DNA from: Candidatus Omnitrophota bacterium
GTDB lineage: Bacteria; Omnitrophota; Gorgyraeia; Zapsychrales; Zapsychraceae
NCBI GenBank assembly: GCA_015233115.1
Contig: JADFYJ010000001.1
Span: 67,084 to 131,083, forward strand
Length of the DNA: 64,000 nucleotides
Direction of reading: 5' to 3'
In this document: piece after piece, positions 49,960 to 60,123 of the stretch
Layout of the letters: each line of letters begins with the position of its first letter
Numbering within the stretch: the stretch's first letter is position 1
Translations under genes and position numbers: made by a program
Notes under the pieces: generated by a model
The model's input: only the letters and a program-made list of their open reading frames with translations
What the model was told of the DNA's origin: nothing
The model's database searches: none

Positions 49960-52557
49960 ATGAAAATGATGCGCATTTTAAGTGTTATGTTATTTTTGAT
50001 ATTATTGTCAGGCGGATCCCAGGCGGCAGAATTAACAGCGACGAAATATACTTTGGATAATGGTTTAACAGTTTTAATTACTGAAGTTCCGACTAGCCCG
50101 GTTATTGCGGTTTATGGTTTAATTAAAACAGGATCTGCCCGGGAAGGGAAATTTCTTGGATGCGGTGTTTCGCACTTTGTGGAACATATGCTTTTTAAAG
50201 GGACAGATAAGCGCGGAGTAGGCGAAATTCCGGCCCAGGTTCAGGCCGCAGGCGGATCAATTAATGCGTCGACCGGTACTGATTACACGATGTTTACGAT
50301 TAATGTTCCCAAAGATCAATTTGATTTGGGTTTGGATATTTTGTCCGATATGCTGATGCATCCTAAATTTGATCCAGTGGAATTGGAAAAAGAGCGGCTG
50401 GTTATTTTAAAAGAAATGGAATTATATGAAGATGAGCCTGACCATAGGCTCAACAAGCTTGTGTCTCAAAATGTGTATCTGAAGCATCCTTACCGTCATC
50501 CCATTATTGGTTATCCGGATTTATTCCGCAATGTTTCGCGTGACGATTTGGTTGAATATTTTAAATCCCGTTACTCGCCGAACAATACTATAATTTCCAT
50601 TGCCGGGAATGTAAAAAAAGATGAAATTTTTCCGAAGATAAAAAAAATATTTGAAAGTTTTTCTCGCAAACCGGACTTAAGCATGGCCGTGCCGCAAGAA
50701 CCGACACAAATCAGTAAACGTTTTTATGAAGAGGCATATCCGACGGACGTTACGCGCGTGTCTATGAGTTTTAGCGGGACCAGCATGAATGATGATGATA
50801 TGGTGCCGCTGGATGTTTTAGCAAAAATACTGGGGCAAGGTGCCAGTTCGCGGTTGTATTTGGATGTTTATAAAAAACGTCAACTGGTTTATTCAATCGG
50901 AGCAAATGATTCTACGCCGGTTGACCGCGGCTCATTCGAGATTGAAGCTTCGCTCGATTATAAAAATATCCCGGCCTTGGCAGATGCGGTTTGGCAAAAT
51001 ATTCGTCAAATCCAATTACAAGGGGTAACAGCTAAAGAATTAGAAAAAGTTAAAAATAGCGTATTAAGTGAATACGTGTTTGATCATCAAACCGCCAGTT
51101 CTTTGGCTTATAGTCAAGCTATCGGGGAGGCTTTTTTAGCAGATCCTAATTATGACGCGTATTATATCCAATCCATTAAGCGTGTTACATTGGATGACAT
51201 AAAGCGTGTGGCGCGAAAATATTTACAAGAAGATAAACTGACCGTTGTTATTTTAAAACCGCAAGAAATTCAAGCTGAGTCGAAAAAAGAAAAAAGTATG
51301 GTTAATGCGAAAAATGGCGAAATCGTAAAATTTGAACTTAAAAATGGAGTCAGGGTATTACTGCGGCAAGATAATGCGTTTCCTGTTGTATCGGTTCGCT
51401 TAGTTCTTAATGGAGGTTTGCGCCAAGAGACTGCTGATAATAACGGTATATTTTCACTATTAGCGTCAACATGGACGCGCGGCACCAAGAAAATGAAGCC
51501 TGATCAAATGGCTGAATTGCTTGAGTCCTCAGGAATTGGTTTAGGCGGCTTTTCAGGAAACAACAGTTTTGGGTTAAGCATGAGTTGTTTAAAAGAAAAT
51601 TTTGATCAAGGTATGATTCTTTTCATGGATGCGCTCAGAAATCCACTTTTTTCTGATGAGGAAATTTCTAACACTAAAAAGAATATGCTGGAGGGTATTA
51701 GACGGCGCAAAGACGATATCATGACTGAGTCAGGTTTTACCCTGAAACAAAAACTATACGGATCACATCCGTACGGCATGGATCAATCAGGGACGGAGAC
51801 GAGTATCCCGCGTTTAGACCGTAAAGCTTTACTGGCGCTTTATAAACAGTATGTTTATCCGTCCAATATGGTATTTTCCGTTTTCGGCGATATTGACGTT
51901 GATACAGTTAGAAAGAAAATTGAAACATTGTTTAGCGCGATTCCTGACCGGCCTGGGACAATTTGGCCTTCAGTCCCGGTAAAGGAAATAGCTGCACCGG
52001 TAGATTTTGTTTTAAATATGGATAAAAAACAAGCCTTGGTGTCGTTTGGTTTTATCGGTGTTGATTTCAAAAATAATGACCAATATAGTTTAAAAGTTTT
52101 AATGACGATATTGGGCTCATCCTTTGAAGGCCGCTTGTTTCAAAAAGTCCGGGAAAAACTCGGGCAGGCGTATCATGTCGGAGGATATTCCAGCCCAGGA
52201 GTAGACCGGGGACAATTGGTTATTTATTCTTTAACTTCGCCGGAAAAAGCGGCAGGCGTTAATAAGATCATGACCGATGAAATACTGGATATTCAAAAGG
52301 GAAACATCAGCGATAAAGAAATAAATGATGCTAAAGCGTATTTGAAAGGCACTTTCCAGGCAGGATTGGAGACGAATGACGCGTTAAATTTTATTGCTAC
52401 TTTAGATGAACTTTACGGTTTAGGGTATGACAATTATACCAAATTCAGCGCTGAAATCGACGCCGTGACCAAAGATAAAGTCAAGGAAGCAGCCAACAAA
52501 TATCTAGATCTTAATAAAAGAGTGATAATTACAACAATTCCCGTTGCGCAACGGTAA
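49960..52557 (+). CDS. M16 (pitrilysin-family) zinc metallopeptidase, exported
   Basis: Signal peptide, HFVEH inverted zinc motif, second inactive M16 half. Confidence 0.93.
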   Translation: MKMMRILSVMLFLILLSGGSQAAELTATKYTLDNGLTVLITEVPTSPVIAVYGLIKTGSAREGKFLGCGVSHFVEHMLFKGTDKRGVGEIPAQVQAAGGSINASTGTDYTMFTINVPKDQFDLGLDILSDMLMHPKFDPVELEKERLVILKEMELYEDEPDHRLNKLVSQNVYLKHPYRHPIIGYPDLFRNVSRDDLVEYFKSRYSPNNTIISIAGNVKKDEIFPKIKKIFESFSRKPDLSMAVPQEPTQISKRFYEEAYPTDVTRVSMSFSGTSMNDDDMVPLDVLAKILGQGASSRLYLDVYKKRQLVYSIGANDSTPVDRGSFEIEASLDYKNIPALADAVWQNIRQIQLQGVTAKELEKVKNSVLSEYVFDHQTASSLAYSQAIGEAFLADPNYDAYYIQSIKRVTLDDIKRVARKYLQEDKLTVVILKPQEIQAESKKEKSMVNAKNGEIVKFELKNGVRVLLRQDNAFPVVSVRLVLNGGLRQETADNNGIFSLLASTWTRGTKKMKPDQMAELLESSGIGLGGFSGNNSFGLSMSCLKENFDQGMILFMDALRNPLFSDEEISNTKKNMLEGIRRRKDDIMTESGFTLKQKLYGSHPYGMDQSGTETSIPRLDRKALLALYKQYVYPSNMVFSVFGDIDVDTVRKKIETLFSAIPDRPGTIWPSVPVKEIAAPVDFVLNMDKKQALVSFGFIGVDFKNNDQYSLKVLMTILGSSFEGRLFQKVREKLGQAYHVGGYSSPGVDRGQLVIYSLTSPEKAAGVNKIMTDEILDIQKGNISDKEINDAKAYLKGTFQAGLETNDALNFIATLDELYGLGYDNYTKFSAEIDAVTKDKVKEAANKYLDLNKRVIITTIPVAQR

Positions 52558-52575
52558 GGGATGTGTAAAATATTA

Positions 52576-52848
52576 AGTAACCGAGTAACCGAGTAACCGA
52601 GTAACCGAGTAACCGAGTAACAAAGTAACAGAGAAAAAGCGATTGGTGGAAAAGTGCAAGAGCAGTAAATAAGAAAAAATTAATTAATAAAATTAAGTAA
52701 ATTTCATGTCGTAAATTAGGATTTTAAGCGAAATTATATTTTTAAATTTTTTATTATTAATGTTTTTAATTGTTTTTTGTTAGATTTATTTTTTCATTTT
52801 TTTTTGTGTTTTTACTCTGTCACTCGGTTACTAGGTTACTTTGTTACT
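52576..52848. repeat. Inverted octamer-array element ((AGTAACCG)x5+2 ... (nnGTTACT)x4)
   Basis: Left arm 52576-52631, right arm 52811-52848, A-rich then T-rich spacer, GAAAAAGCGATT at 52633-52644. Confidence 0.9.
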
Positions 52849-52867
52849 ATTTAAAAGGAGTCCCAGC

Positions 52868-54226
52868 TTGTACGAATTTGAATTGCGCCTTATTGAAGTT
52901 TTGGAAGGCAAATTAAATTTGATTCAAAAACAAAATGAACGTGAAGAAGTCGTTAGCGACGGTTTATTGCATCTTCTCAAGACAAATGAATTTCCGCAAA
53001 ATAAAGCTTTAATCGAAAATAAAGATCAGCGTTTTAAATTTATTAAAGATTTTTTGAGCTACGGTGTAATCACGGAATTGATCTGCAATTATGATGTTGA
53101 AGACATCATTATTAATAATTTAAATCCCATCTATGTCCATCATAGTAAACGCGGATTTGTCGTCACGGATAAGCGTTTTAAGAACCGTCACGAATTAGAT
53201 CTTTTCTTAAAAAAACTGCTTTTATTCGCCGGCGGGAAAAAAATGCGCCGCATTCTGGATATTGAACTGCCGAATTTGGAAGGTCGCGTCAACATTGCCA
53301 TATCCGCTTTTGGCCCGCAAATTACTATTGCCCGTGCTAAAACCACTCCGCTGAGTATTATTGAACTGATTCGGGCCGGCACCTTAACGCATGAAGTGGC
53401 AGGTCAATTATGGTTTTATATTGAAGGTCTCAATATCCGTCCGGCAAATATTATTATTGCCGGAGGCCCGGGCGTGGGAAAAACTACTTTATTAAATTCT
53501 TTGTTATGTTTTATCCCGGATACTCACCGTACTGTCGTTATCGAAGATACTTTAGAATTAAATACTTTTATGGATGAAAGTTGTTCGCGTCTGGAAAGCG
53601 ATGAAGGCGTGTCTTTGGCTGATTTGGTCAAAAATAGTTTGCGCATGCGCCCCGAACGCATTATTGTCGGTGAGGTGCGCGGGGAAGAGGCCAAAGATAT
53701 GGTGACGGCGTGTAATATCGGAAAATATTGCATGGGAACGATCCACGCGTTAACCGCGCGGGAAGCTATTATCCGTTTGCAAAATGAACCCATGAATATT
53801 CCAGAAATGCTGGTCAATTTGATAGATGTTTTTGTGATTATGAAACGATATCACGTAAAAGAAAAATTGTTTCGTGTGATCGATGAAGTCAGCGAGACCA
53901 GCGGCATGGAACAAGTTAAAATACTTTTATCACAGGTGTTTAAATACGATTATGATCAGAAAACCGTAGTGTCCCGCAACCCGAGCACTGTATACCGGGA
54001 TAAATTGGCGGAACAATCCGGCTTAACTCCTAAAGACATTATGCTGGAGATTAAATTGCGAAAATTTCTTATGGAAGAAATGGATCGTCGTGATATGTCT
54101 ACCCTAAAAGAAATCACTACGTTTTGCCGTTTATACAGCCGCGACCCTCACCGCGCCATTGACTCGTTAAAGATTGACATGGAAAAAACCAAATATTTCC
54201 ATGAGATCATTTCAAAACGGTGTTAA
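52868..54226 (+). CDS. CpaF/TadA/VirB11-family secretion ATPase
   Basis: Start re-called to TTG 52868 after AAGGAG; GGPGVGKTT, IEDTLEL, LRMRPERIIVGEVRG, GTIHA. Confidence 0.9.
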   Translation: MYEFELRLIEVLEGKLNLIQKQNEREEVVSDGLLHLLKTNEFPQNKALIENKDQRFKFIKDFLSYGVITELICNYDVEDIIINNLNPIYVHHSKRGFVVTDKRFKNRHELDLFLKKLLLFAGGKKMRRILDIELPNLEGRVNIAISAFGPQITIARAKTTPLSIIELIRAGTLTHEVAGQLWFYIEGLNIRPANIIIAGGPGVGKTTLLNSLLCFIPDTHRTVVIEDTLELNTFMDESCSRLESDEGVSLADLVKNSLRMRPERIIVGEVRGEEAKDMVTACNIGKYCMGTIHALTAREAIIRLQNEPMNIPEMLVNLIDVFVIMKRYHVKEKLFRVIDEVSETSGMEQVKILLSQVFKYDYDQKTVVSRNPSTVYRDKLAEQSGLTPKDIMLEIKLRKFLMEEMDRRDMSTLKEITTFCRLYSRDPHRAIDSLKIDMEKTKYFHEIISKRC

Positions 54227-54277
54227 GGCCCAAAATAACTTATAAAAAATTTCCCTAGAAATACCGGAAAGATTCTT

Positions 54278-56119
54278 ATGAAAGAACTTCTTAAAACTTA
54301 TTTTGGTTATGATCAATTCCGCCCGCTCCAGGAAGACATTATTAACGATGTTCTGTCAGGTAAAGATGTTTTTGTTTTAATGCCGACCGGAGGAGGGAAA
54401 TCACTGTGCTATCAATTGCCTGCCATAAAATTAGACGGAGTGACACTGGTTATCTCCCCTTTAATTTCATTGATGAAAGATCAGGTGGATGGATTGAATG
54501 CGAACGGAATTTCCGCTGCTTATATTAATTCTTCTTTATCATATCCGGAAATCAAAGCCATTGAGCAGGACATTTTAGAGCACAAAATTAAATTAATTTA
54601 TGTCGCGCCGGAACGCTTATTCCTGGATTCTTTCCAGCGCATTTTATCGCAGATCAAAATCAGTTTAATCGCGGTGGATGAGGCGCATTGTATTTCCGAG
54701 TGGGGCCATGATTTTAGAAAAGAATACCGGAATCTTCAATGCCTGAAAGAAAAATATCCTGCTATTCCCATTATCGCATTGACGGCAACTGCTACTTTAC
54801 GCGTGAGGGAAGATATTCTCAACCAGTTATCGTTAGATAAACCACAAAAATATGTTTCCAGTTTTGACCGGAAAAATTTGGAACTGATCGTTGAGAGAAA
54901 ACAGGCTACATTTGAGAAATTGGTCACGCTTTTAAAAGCGCATAAAAATGGTTCTGCCATAGTTTATTGTTTTTCCCAAAAAGAAACGGAAACGATCGCA
55001 GCCAATTTAAAAGAACGGGGATTTAAAGCTCTGCCCTATCATGCGGGCATGAAACCGGAAAACCGCAAAAAGAATCAGGATAAATTTATTAAAGATGAAG
55101 TCGATATCATCGTCGCGACTATTGCCTTTGGTATGGGAATTGACAAGCCGGATGTCCGGTTAGTGGTGCATTATACTTTTCCTAAATCATTAGAAGGATA
55201 TTATCAGGAAATCGGCCGCGCCGGCCGTGATGGTTTAAAAAGTCAATGCGTTTTATTTTATTCCGGCGGCGACGCGATTAAACATCGGTATTTTATTGAT
55301 ATGATGGACGATGAAGCCCAAAAGAAGGGTGCAGCTGATAAACTGCGCAAAATCGCGGATTATTGTGAAGGCACAATTTGCCGCCGCAAATACGTTTTGG
55401 AATATTTCGGTGAAAAATATCCGCAGGATAATTGTGGAAATTGCGATGTGTGTTTGGCGGATAAAGAAACATATGACGCGTCTGAATCAGTTCTGCAGAT
55501 ATTGACCTGCGTGAAATCAACCGGCAGTCGTTTTGGGAGCACATATATCGCTGACATGTTGCGCGGCTCTAAACAAAAGAAAATTTTAGATAATTTTCAT
55601 CATGAATCCGAAGTGTTTGGCTCATTAAAGGGACATTCATTCGAGGATATTAAAGGCTTAATTCGCGAACTTATTAGTATGCAGTTTTTGAGGGTGGCAG
55701 ATGGGGATTATCCGACATTGTCGGTAACTCCCCAGGCGGCAGAATGGTTTAACCGGAGAAGCCCGATTGAATTGAGCCGCAGGAAGAAAATTGAGATTGC
55801 TGAAGATAAGCCGGGCAAAGCAACAAAACGAAGATTTGTCGATAATGATTATGATTACGACGCAGATTTATTCGAGAAATTGCGTGAGTTACGCAGAACC
55901 TTAGCGGAAAGAAAGAGAGTGCCGGCGTATGTCATTTTTGGTGATGTGTCGTTAAGGGAAATGGCGCAAAAATGTCCATTGGACAAAGAAAGTTTTCTTG
56001 GTATAAAAGGTGTAGGTCAAAAAAAATTAGAGGATTATGGGGAAATCTTTTTACAGGTAATTGGCGGCCATGTTAAAAACGAAAACCCTCTGTCAGTTTC
56101 CCAGAGGGCTCAACGTTGA
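54278..56119 (+). CDS. recQ: ATP-dependent DNA helicase RecQ
   Basis: MPTGGGKS, DEAHCISEWGHDFR, QEIGRAGRDG, Zn-binding Cys, RQC and HRDC domains. Confidence 0.97.
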   Translation: MKELLKTYFGYDQFRPLQEDIINDVLSGKDVFVLMPTGGGKSLCYQLPAIKLDGVTLVISPLISLMKDQVDGLNANGISAAYINSSLSYPEIKAIEQDILEHKIKLIYVAPERLFLDSFQRILSQIKISLIAVDEAHCISEWGHDFRKEYRNLQCLKEKYPAIPIIALTATATLRVREDILNQLSLDKPQKYVSSFDRKNLELIVERKQATFEKLVTLLKAHKNGSAIVYCFSQKETETIAANLKERGFKALPYHAGMKPENRKKNQDKFIKDEVDIIVATIAFGMGIDKPDVRLVVHYTFPKSLEGYYQEIGRAGRDGLKSQCVLFYSGGDAIKHRYFIDMMDDEAQKKGAADKLRKIADYCEGTICRRKYVLEYFGEKYPQDNCGNCDVCLADKETYDASESVLQILTCVKSTGSRFGSTYIADMLRGSKQKKILDNFHHESEVFGSLKGHSFEDIKGLIRELISMQFLRVADGDYPTLSVTPQAAEWFNRRSPIELSRRKKIEIAEDKPGKATKRRFVDNDYDYDADLFEKLRELRRTLAERKRVPAYVIFGDVSLREMAQKCPLDKESFLGIKGVGQKKLEDYGEIFLQVIGGHVKNENPLSVSQRAQR

Positions 56120-56349
56120 AATAATTTAAAATAATTACTTCTTTTTTGGAGTTTTTCTAGAAGTTTTCTTTTTATTAGTAACGACCATGATGTTCCTCTC
56201 GTTAGTGTTGTTGAAGAATTACATTCTTATAATAACACAGGATTAAACAGGGGCAATTGATTTTGTTTATTTTATACGAGTATATTTGACAAAATGCAGT
56301 ATAATTATTGAGATTTTTAAATTAATTAACCAAAGTTTAGGAGAATTTC

Positions 56350-56745
56350 ATGGAAGACAAAAACATAACTCAATATCCGGAGCCGGACCGATCGAATATA
56401 ATCCGTAATTTTACGGTGACAGAAGATAATGAAGAGATTGATACGGGCTGGGTAAAAGGATCTTTATCAGACGGCAGGCCATATTTGGCAGAAGCTTGGC
56501 AGAGAGAAGATGTCTCTATGCTGACTTTTTATTTTTCAATTAAAAATATTGAGGAAGCTACGCAGGAAGAGCTTATCACTTTACTCCTTAATAGCGGGGT
56601 ATTGGAGTTTATTGGCGAACAAAAACCAATAGGGATTGGGCAATTTACTGATATTCACAATAATGAGTTGTGGACAGTAAATGTCACTGTCAGCGAAGAT
56701 CAGGAAAAGTTCATTCATGATAAATTAAGTTTATTAAAATATTAA
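56350..56745 (+). CDS. Acidic hypothetical protein
   Basis: GGAG RBS; GWVKGSLSDGRPYLAEAW motif; no family recognised. Confidence 0.7.
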   Translation: MEDKNITQYPEPDRSNIIRNFTVTEDNEEIDTGWVKGSLSDGRPYLAEAWQREDVSMLTFYFSIKNIEEATQEELITLLLNSGVLEFIGEQKPIGIGQFTDIHNNELWTVNVTVSEDQEKFIHDKLSLLKY

Positions 56746-56968
56746 ATTAAGTTTTTTATGATCATTAGAAACCCCGTTTAACCCGCATTTTGCAATACAA
56801 GTGGAAATGCGGCTTGAACCCCAGTCTTTTCTCGAATATACATTTTTGAAGACTGCCTTGTTTGCAATGCACTTTTTTATGTGAACATATTTGTCTAGAT
56901 GCTAAGTTTATTGCAAAGTCAGGGTTTAAACGACGGGGTTTTTTATAAAAATATATATTTTTAACTTG

Positions 56969-57001
56969 GCACCTTGACAGGTGCTTTTTTTATGATATAT
57001 T
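56969..57001 (+). promoter_or_regulatory. Promoter of the rex-hyd operon (-35 inside a palindrome)
   Basis: TTGACA 56974-56979, extended -10 TGnTATATT; GCACCT-TGAC-AGGTGC followed by T7 could also act as a terminator. Confidence 0.55.
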
Positions 57002-57013
57002 TAGAGAAATATT

Positions 57014-57035
57014 TATCGATAAAAAATTATCGATA
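57014..57035. promoter_or_regulatory. Palindromic operator, candidate Rex site
   Basis: TATCGATAA-AAAA-TTATCGATA perfect 9-4-9 palindrome just downstream of the promoter; same A/T 4-bp spacer geometry as Rex boxes. Confidence 0.5.
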
Positions 57036-57070
57036 TATTCCAAGCCTAACATTTGCCGGAGAATTTAAAT

Positions 57071-57727
57071 ATGACGTCGCAGATACCTACCGTTGTATCC
57101 CGCTCCACGCTTAAACGTCTTCCTTTGTATTTACACGTGTTGGAAGATTTACAACGGCAGGGGCAGGAATACGCTTCGTGCACGATGATTGCGGGTAAAT
57201 TTGATTTTGGGCCCACTCAGGTTCGGAAAGATTTAGAAGTTACCGGAGCTGAAGGGACGGCCAAAATAGGGTTTAAAGTGTCAGCGTTGGTAAAAGATAT
57301 CAAAGAGTTTTTAGGCTGGCACAATGCGCATGACGCATTTTTAGTCGGAGCCGGCAATATGGGGAAAGCCCTGCTGGGTTATAAAGATTTTGATAAATAT
57401 GGTTTAAATATTGTCGCTGCGTTTGATCAGGATCCCAAAAAAGTCGGAACTAAAATTTTTAATAAAGAAATTTTACCAATGGAAAAAATGGCCAATTTAG
57501 TTAAACGGATGCATATCAATATCGGGATTGTTACGGTTCCCGCGGAATTTGCGCAAGGTGTTGTCGATATCATGGTAAGCGTAGGAATAAAAGCTATTTG
57601 GAATTTTGCGCCAGCGCCACTGCAGATTCCGGAAGGAATTATTTTAGAAAACGCTCGTTTGACTCAAAGTTTGGCCGTCTTGACTAATAAACTGACAATG
57701 AATTTTGACAAAGAGATGAAAGGATAA
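57071..57727 (+). CDS. rex: Redox-sensing transcriptional repressor Rex
   Basis: TLKRLPLY, QVRKDL, VGAGNMGKAL, AIWNFAP. Confidence 0.95.
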   Translation: MTSQIPTVVSRSTLKRLPLYLHVLEDLQRQGQEYASCTMIAGKFDFGPTQVRKDLEVTGAEGTAKIGFKVSALVKDIKEFLGWHNAHDAFLVGAGNMGKALLGYKDFDKYGLNIVAAFDQDPKKVGTKIFNKEILPMEKMANLVKRMHINIGIVTVPAEFAQGVVDIMVSVGIKAIWNFAPAPLQIPEGIILENARLTQSLAVLTNKLTMNFDKEMKG

Positions 57728-57732
57728 TTTTT

Positions 57733-58248
57733 ATGCCAAATGTTATGCTGCGCAAATTTGAAAAAGTTTGCGCGATCATTGATAAACACGATAATAATCC
57801 CGCTCATTTGATTCCGATTTTACAAGAGATTCAAAATGAATACCGTTATTTGCCCGAAGATGTGATGACTTTTTTAGCCACTTCATTGGGACTTTCTCCC
57901 GCGAAAGTTTTTGGCGTGGCTTCATTTTACGCTCATTTTTCCTTATCACCTAAAGGCAAATATGTTATCCGGCTCTGCGATGGTACAGCATGCCACGTTA
58001 AGGGTTCACACGGAATACTTGAAACTTTGTATGCCAAATTAAAACTTGATGAAAAAAATCATACGACTCCGGATATGTTATTTACGGTTGAAACTGTGGC
58101 TTGTCTGGGCGCCTGCGGAATCGCGCCGGTAGTTGTAATTAATGAAAAAGTTTATGGTCAGGTCACCGCCCAAAAAGCGGCAGATTTGGTGGATGAGATC
58201 ATGATGAAGGAGGATGGCAGTCATGTGTCAAATAAAGTCAACAGCTGA
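57733..58248 (+). CDS. hydC: Bifurcating hydrogenase HydC (NuoE-like, [2Fe-2S])
   Basis: CDGTACHVKG, CLGACGIAP. Confidence 0.9.
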   Translation: MPNVMLRKFEKVCAIIDKHDNNPAHLIPILQEIQNEYRYLPEDVMTFLATSLGLSPAKVFGVASFYAHFSLSPKGKYVIRLCDGTACHVKGSHGILETLYAKLKLDEKNHTTPDMLFTVETVACLGACGIAPVVVINEKVYGQVTAQKAADLVDEIMMKEDGSHVSNKVNS

Positions 58249-60118
58249 AATTGTCTTTACTGGACGTGAGGGTTTGCGGCGTATCATTATATGCACGGGA
58301 ACTGGCTGCGTTGCTAACGGCGCTTTGGATGTTTATAACACATTTCTTGAGGAAATGGCCGAAGCGGACATTGAAGTCGTAACTCATTTCAAGTCTTTAA
58401 ATGAAATACGCACTCCTGCTAATGGAGTTTATTTATCCAAAAGCGGATGCCAGGGATTTTGCCAAATGGGCCCGCTGGTTAGCATTGATCCGGATAATAT
58501 TTTGTATAACAAGGTAAAAGCTGAAGATGTCAAAGCCATCATTCATAAAACATTGCTAAAAGGCGAAGTGATCAAGTCATTATTGTATGTAGAGCCTTCC
58601 AGCGGCAAAATTTTTCGTTCACAAAAAGATATCCCTTTTTACCTCCGGCAAACGCGTTTTGTCCTCAAACAGTGCGGAGAGCTTAACCCCGAAGATATCA
58701 ATGAGTACATTGCTATCGGCGGATATAAAGCCGCGGAAAAGGCGTTTCGGGATATGACACCGGAACAAATTTGTAAAGACATGCTGGCGGCAGGTTTACG
58801 AGGCAGGGGAGGCGGAGGCTTTCCAACGGGATACAAATGGAATGTTTGTCGGATTCAGGATAATGCCAAAAAATATATTATTTGTAACGGTGATGAAGGC
58901 GATCCGGGCGCGTTTATGGATCGGTCAGTCATGGAAGGGAACCCTCATTCTGTTATTGAAGGAATGATGATCGCGGCTTGTGCCATTGGGGCAGATGAAG
59001 GCTATGTGTATGTGCGCGCGGAATATCCGCTGGCTGTTAAAAGAGTGAGGCAGGCATGCGCTGACGCTTTAGCTTTTGGACTTTTAGGAAATAATATTTT
59101 TAACACCGGACGGTCAATAAATATCCGGGTTATGGAAGGAGCTGGCGCATTTGTTTGCGGAGAAGAAACAGCTTTAATAGCGTCGATTGAAGGCCATCGC
59201 GGGATGCCGCGGTTAAAACCGCCTTTTCCGGCACAGTCAGGACTTTGGGGCAAACCAACAGTGATTAATAACGTAGAAACTTTAGCTACCGTTCCGCTCA
59301 TCCTGGTGAACGGAGTAGAAGAATTTCGCTCGATGGGTACTGAAAAATCTCCTGGCACAAAAACTTTTGCTTTAACCGGTCATGTGGCCAATACCGGTCT
59401 TATTGAAGTTCCTTTTGGAACTACCTTACGAGAAATAGTCATGGAAGTGGGCGGCGGAATTACGGATAAAAAAGGCCGTATTGATCCGAATGGTTTTAAG
59501 GCTGTTCAAATAGGGGGGCCGTCCGGTGGATGTTTGACGCAGGAACATTTAGATTTAAAAATGGATTTTGATTCTTTACGTTCTATTGGCGCCATGATTG
59601 GTTCTGGCGGGTTGGTATGCATGAACCAAGCAACGTGTATGGTTGCTGTTGCGAAATATTTTATGCAGTTTACTCAGCGGGAATCATGCGGCAAATGTGT
59701 ATTGTGCCGTGAAGGCACAAAACAAATGCTGTATTTACTGGAGGATATCGTCGAAGGCCGCGGGACAAAAGAAACACTTTCGCTCCTCGAAGAATTGGCC
59801 ATTGTGGTCCAAAAAGGATCATTGTGCGGTTTGGGAAAGACAGCTCCGAATCCTGTGCTTTCTACGCTTAGATACTTTAAAGATGAGTATATAGCGCATG
59901 TGGTGGAAAAACGCTGTCCAACCGGCGAATGCAAAAAATTAGCAAAACCAGAAATTCATCCGGAAAAATGCAAAGGCTGCACCTTATGCAGTAAAAAATG
60001 TCCGGTTGGAGCGATTAAAGGTGAAATTAAAAAAACGCATGTCATCAATGATAAAAAATGTATTAAATGTGGTGTGTGCGCTCAAGTTTGTAAATTTGAT
60101 GCGGTAACAGGAGTGTAA
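58214..60118 (+). CDS. hydB: Bifurcating hydrogenase HydB (NuoF-like)
   Basis: GRGGGGFPTG, NGDEGDPG, GAGAFVCGEETAL, ESCGKCVLCREG, C-terminal 2[4Fe-4S]. Confidence 0.93.
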   Translation: MAVMCQIKSTAEIVFTGREGLRRIIICTGTGCVANGALDVYNTFLEEMAEADIEVVTHFKSLNEIRTPANGVYLSKSGCQGFCQMGPLVSIDPDNILYNKVKAEDVKAIIHKTLLKGEVIKSLLYVEPSSGKIFRSQKDIPFYLRQTRFVLKQCGELNPEDINEYIAIGGYKAAEKAFRDMTPEQICKDMLAAGLRGRGGGGFPTGYKWNVCRIQDNAKKYIICNGDEGDPGAFMDRSVMEGNPHSVIEGMMIAACAIGADEGYVYVRAEYPLAVKRVRQACADALAFGLLGNNIFNTGRSINIRVMEGAGAFVCGEETALIASIEGHRGMPRLKPPFPAQSGLWGKPTVINNVETLATVPLILVNGVEEFRSMGTEKSPGTKTFALTGHVANTGLIEVPFGTTLREIVMEVGGGITDKKGRIDPNGFKAVQIGGPSGGCLTQEHLDLKMDFDSLRSIGAMIGSGGLVCMNQATCMVAVAKYFMQFTQRESCGKCVLCREGTKQMLYLLEDIVEGRGTKETLSLLEELAIVVQKGSLCGLGKTAPNPVLSTLRYFKDEYIAHVVEKRCPTGECKKLAKPEIHPEKCKGCTLCSKKCPVGAIKGEIKKTHVINDKKCIKCGVCAQVCKFDAVTGV

Positions 60119-60123
60119 TACTT

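Noticed and set aside
56800-56857. Cobalamin riboswitch (GGAAATGCGG...GAAGACTGCC resemblance)
   Set aside because: The conserved CCC..ACTGT core is missing and no B12-related gene follows; kept only as an unassigned structured element.
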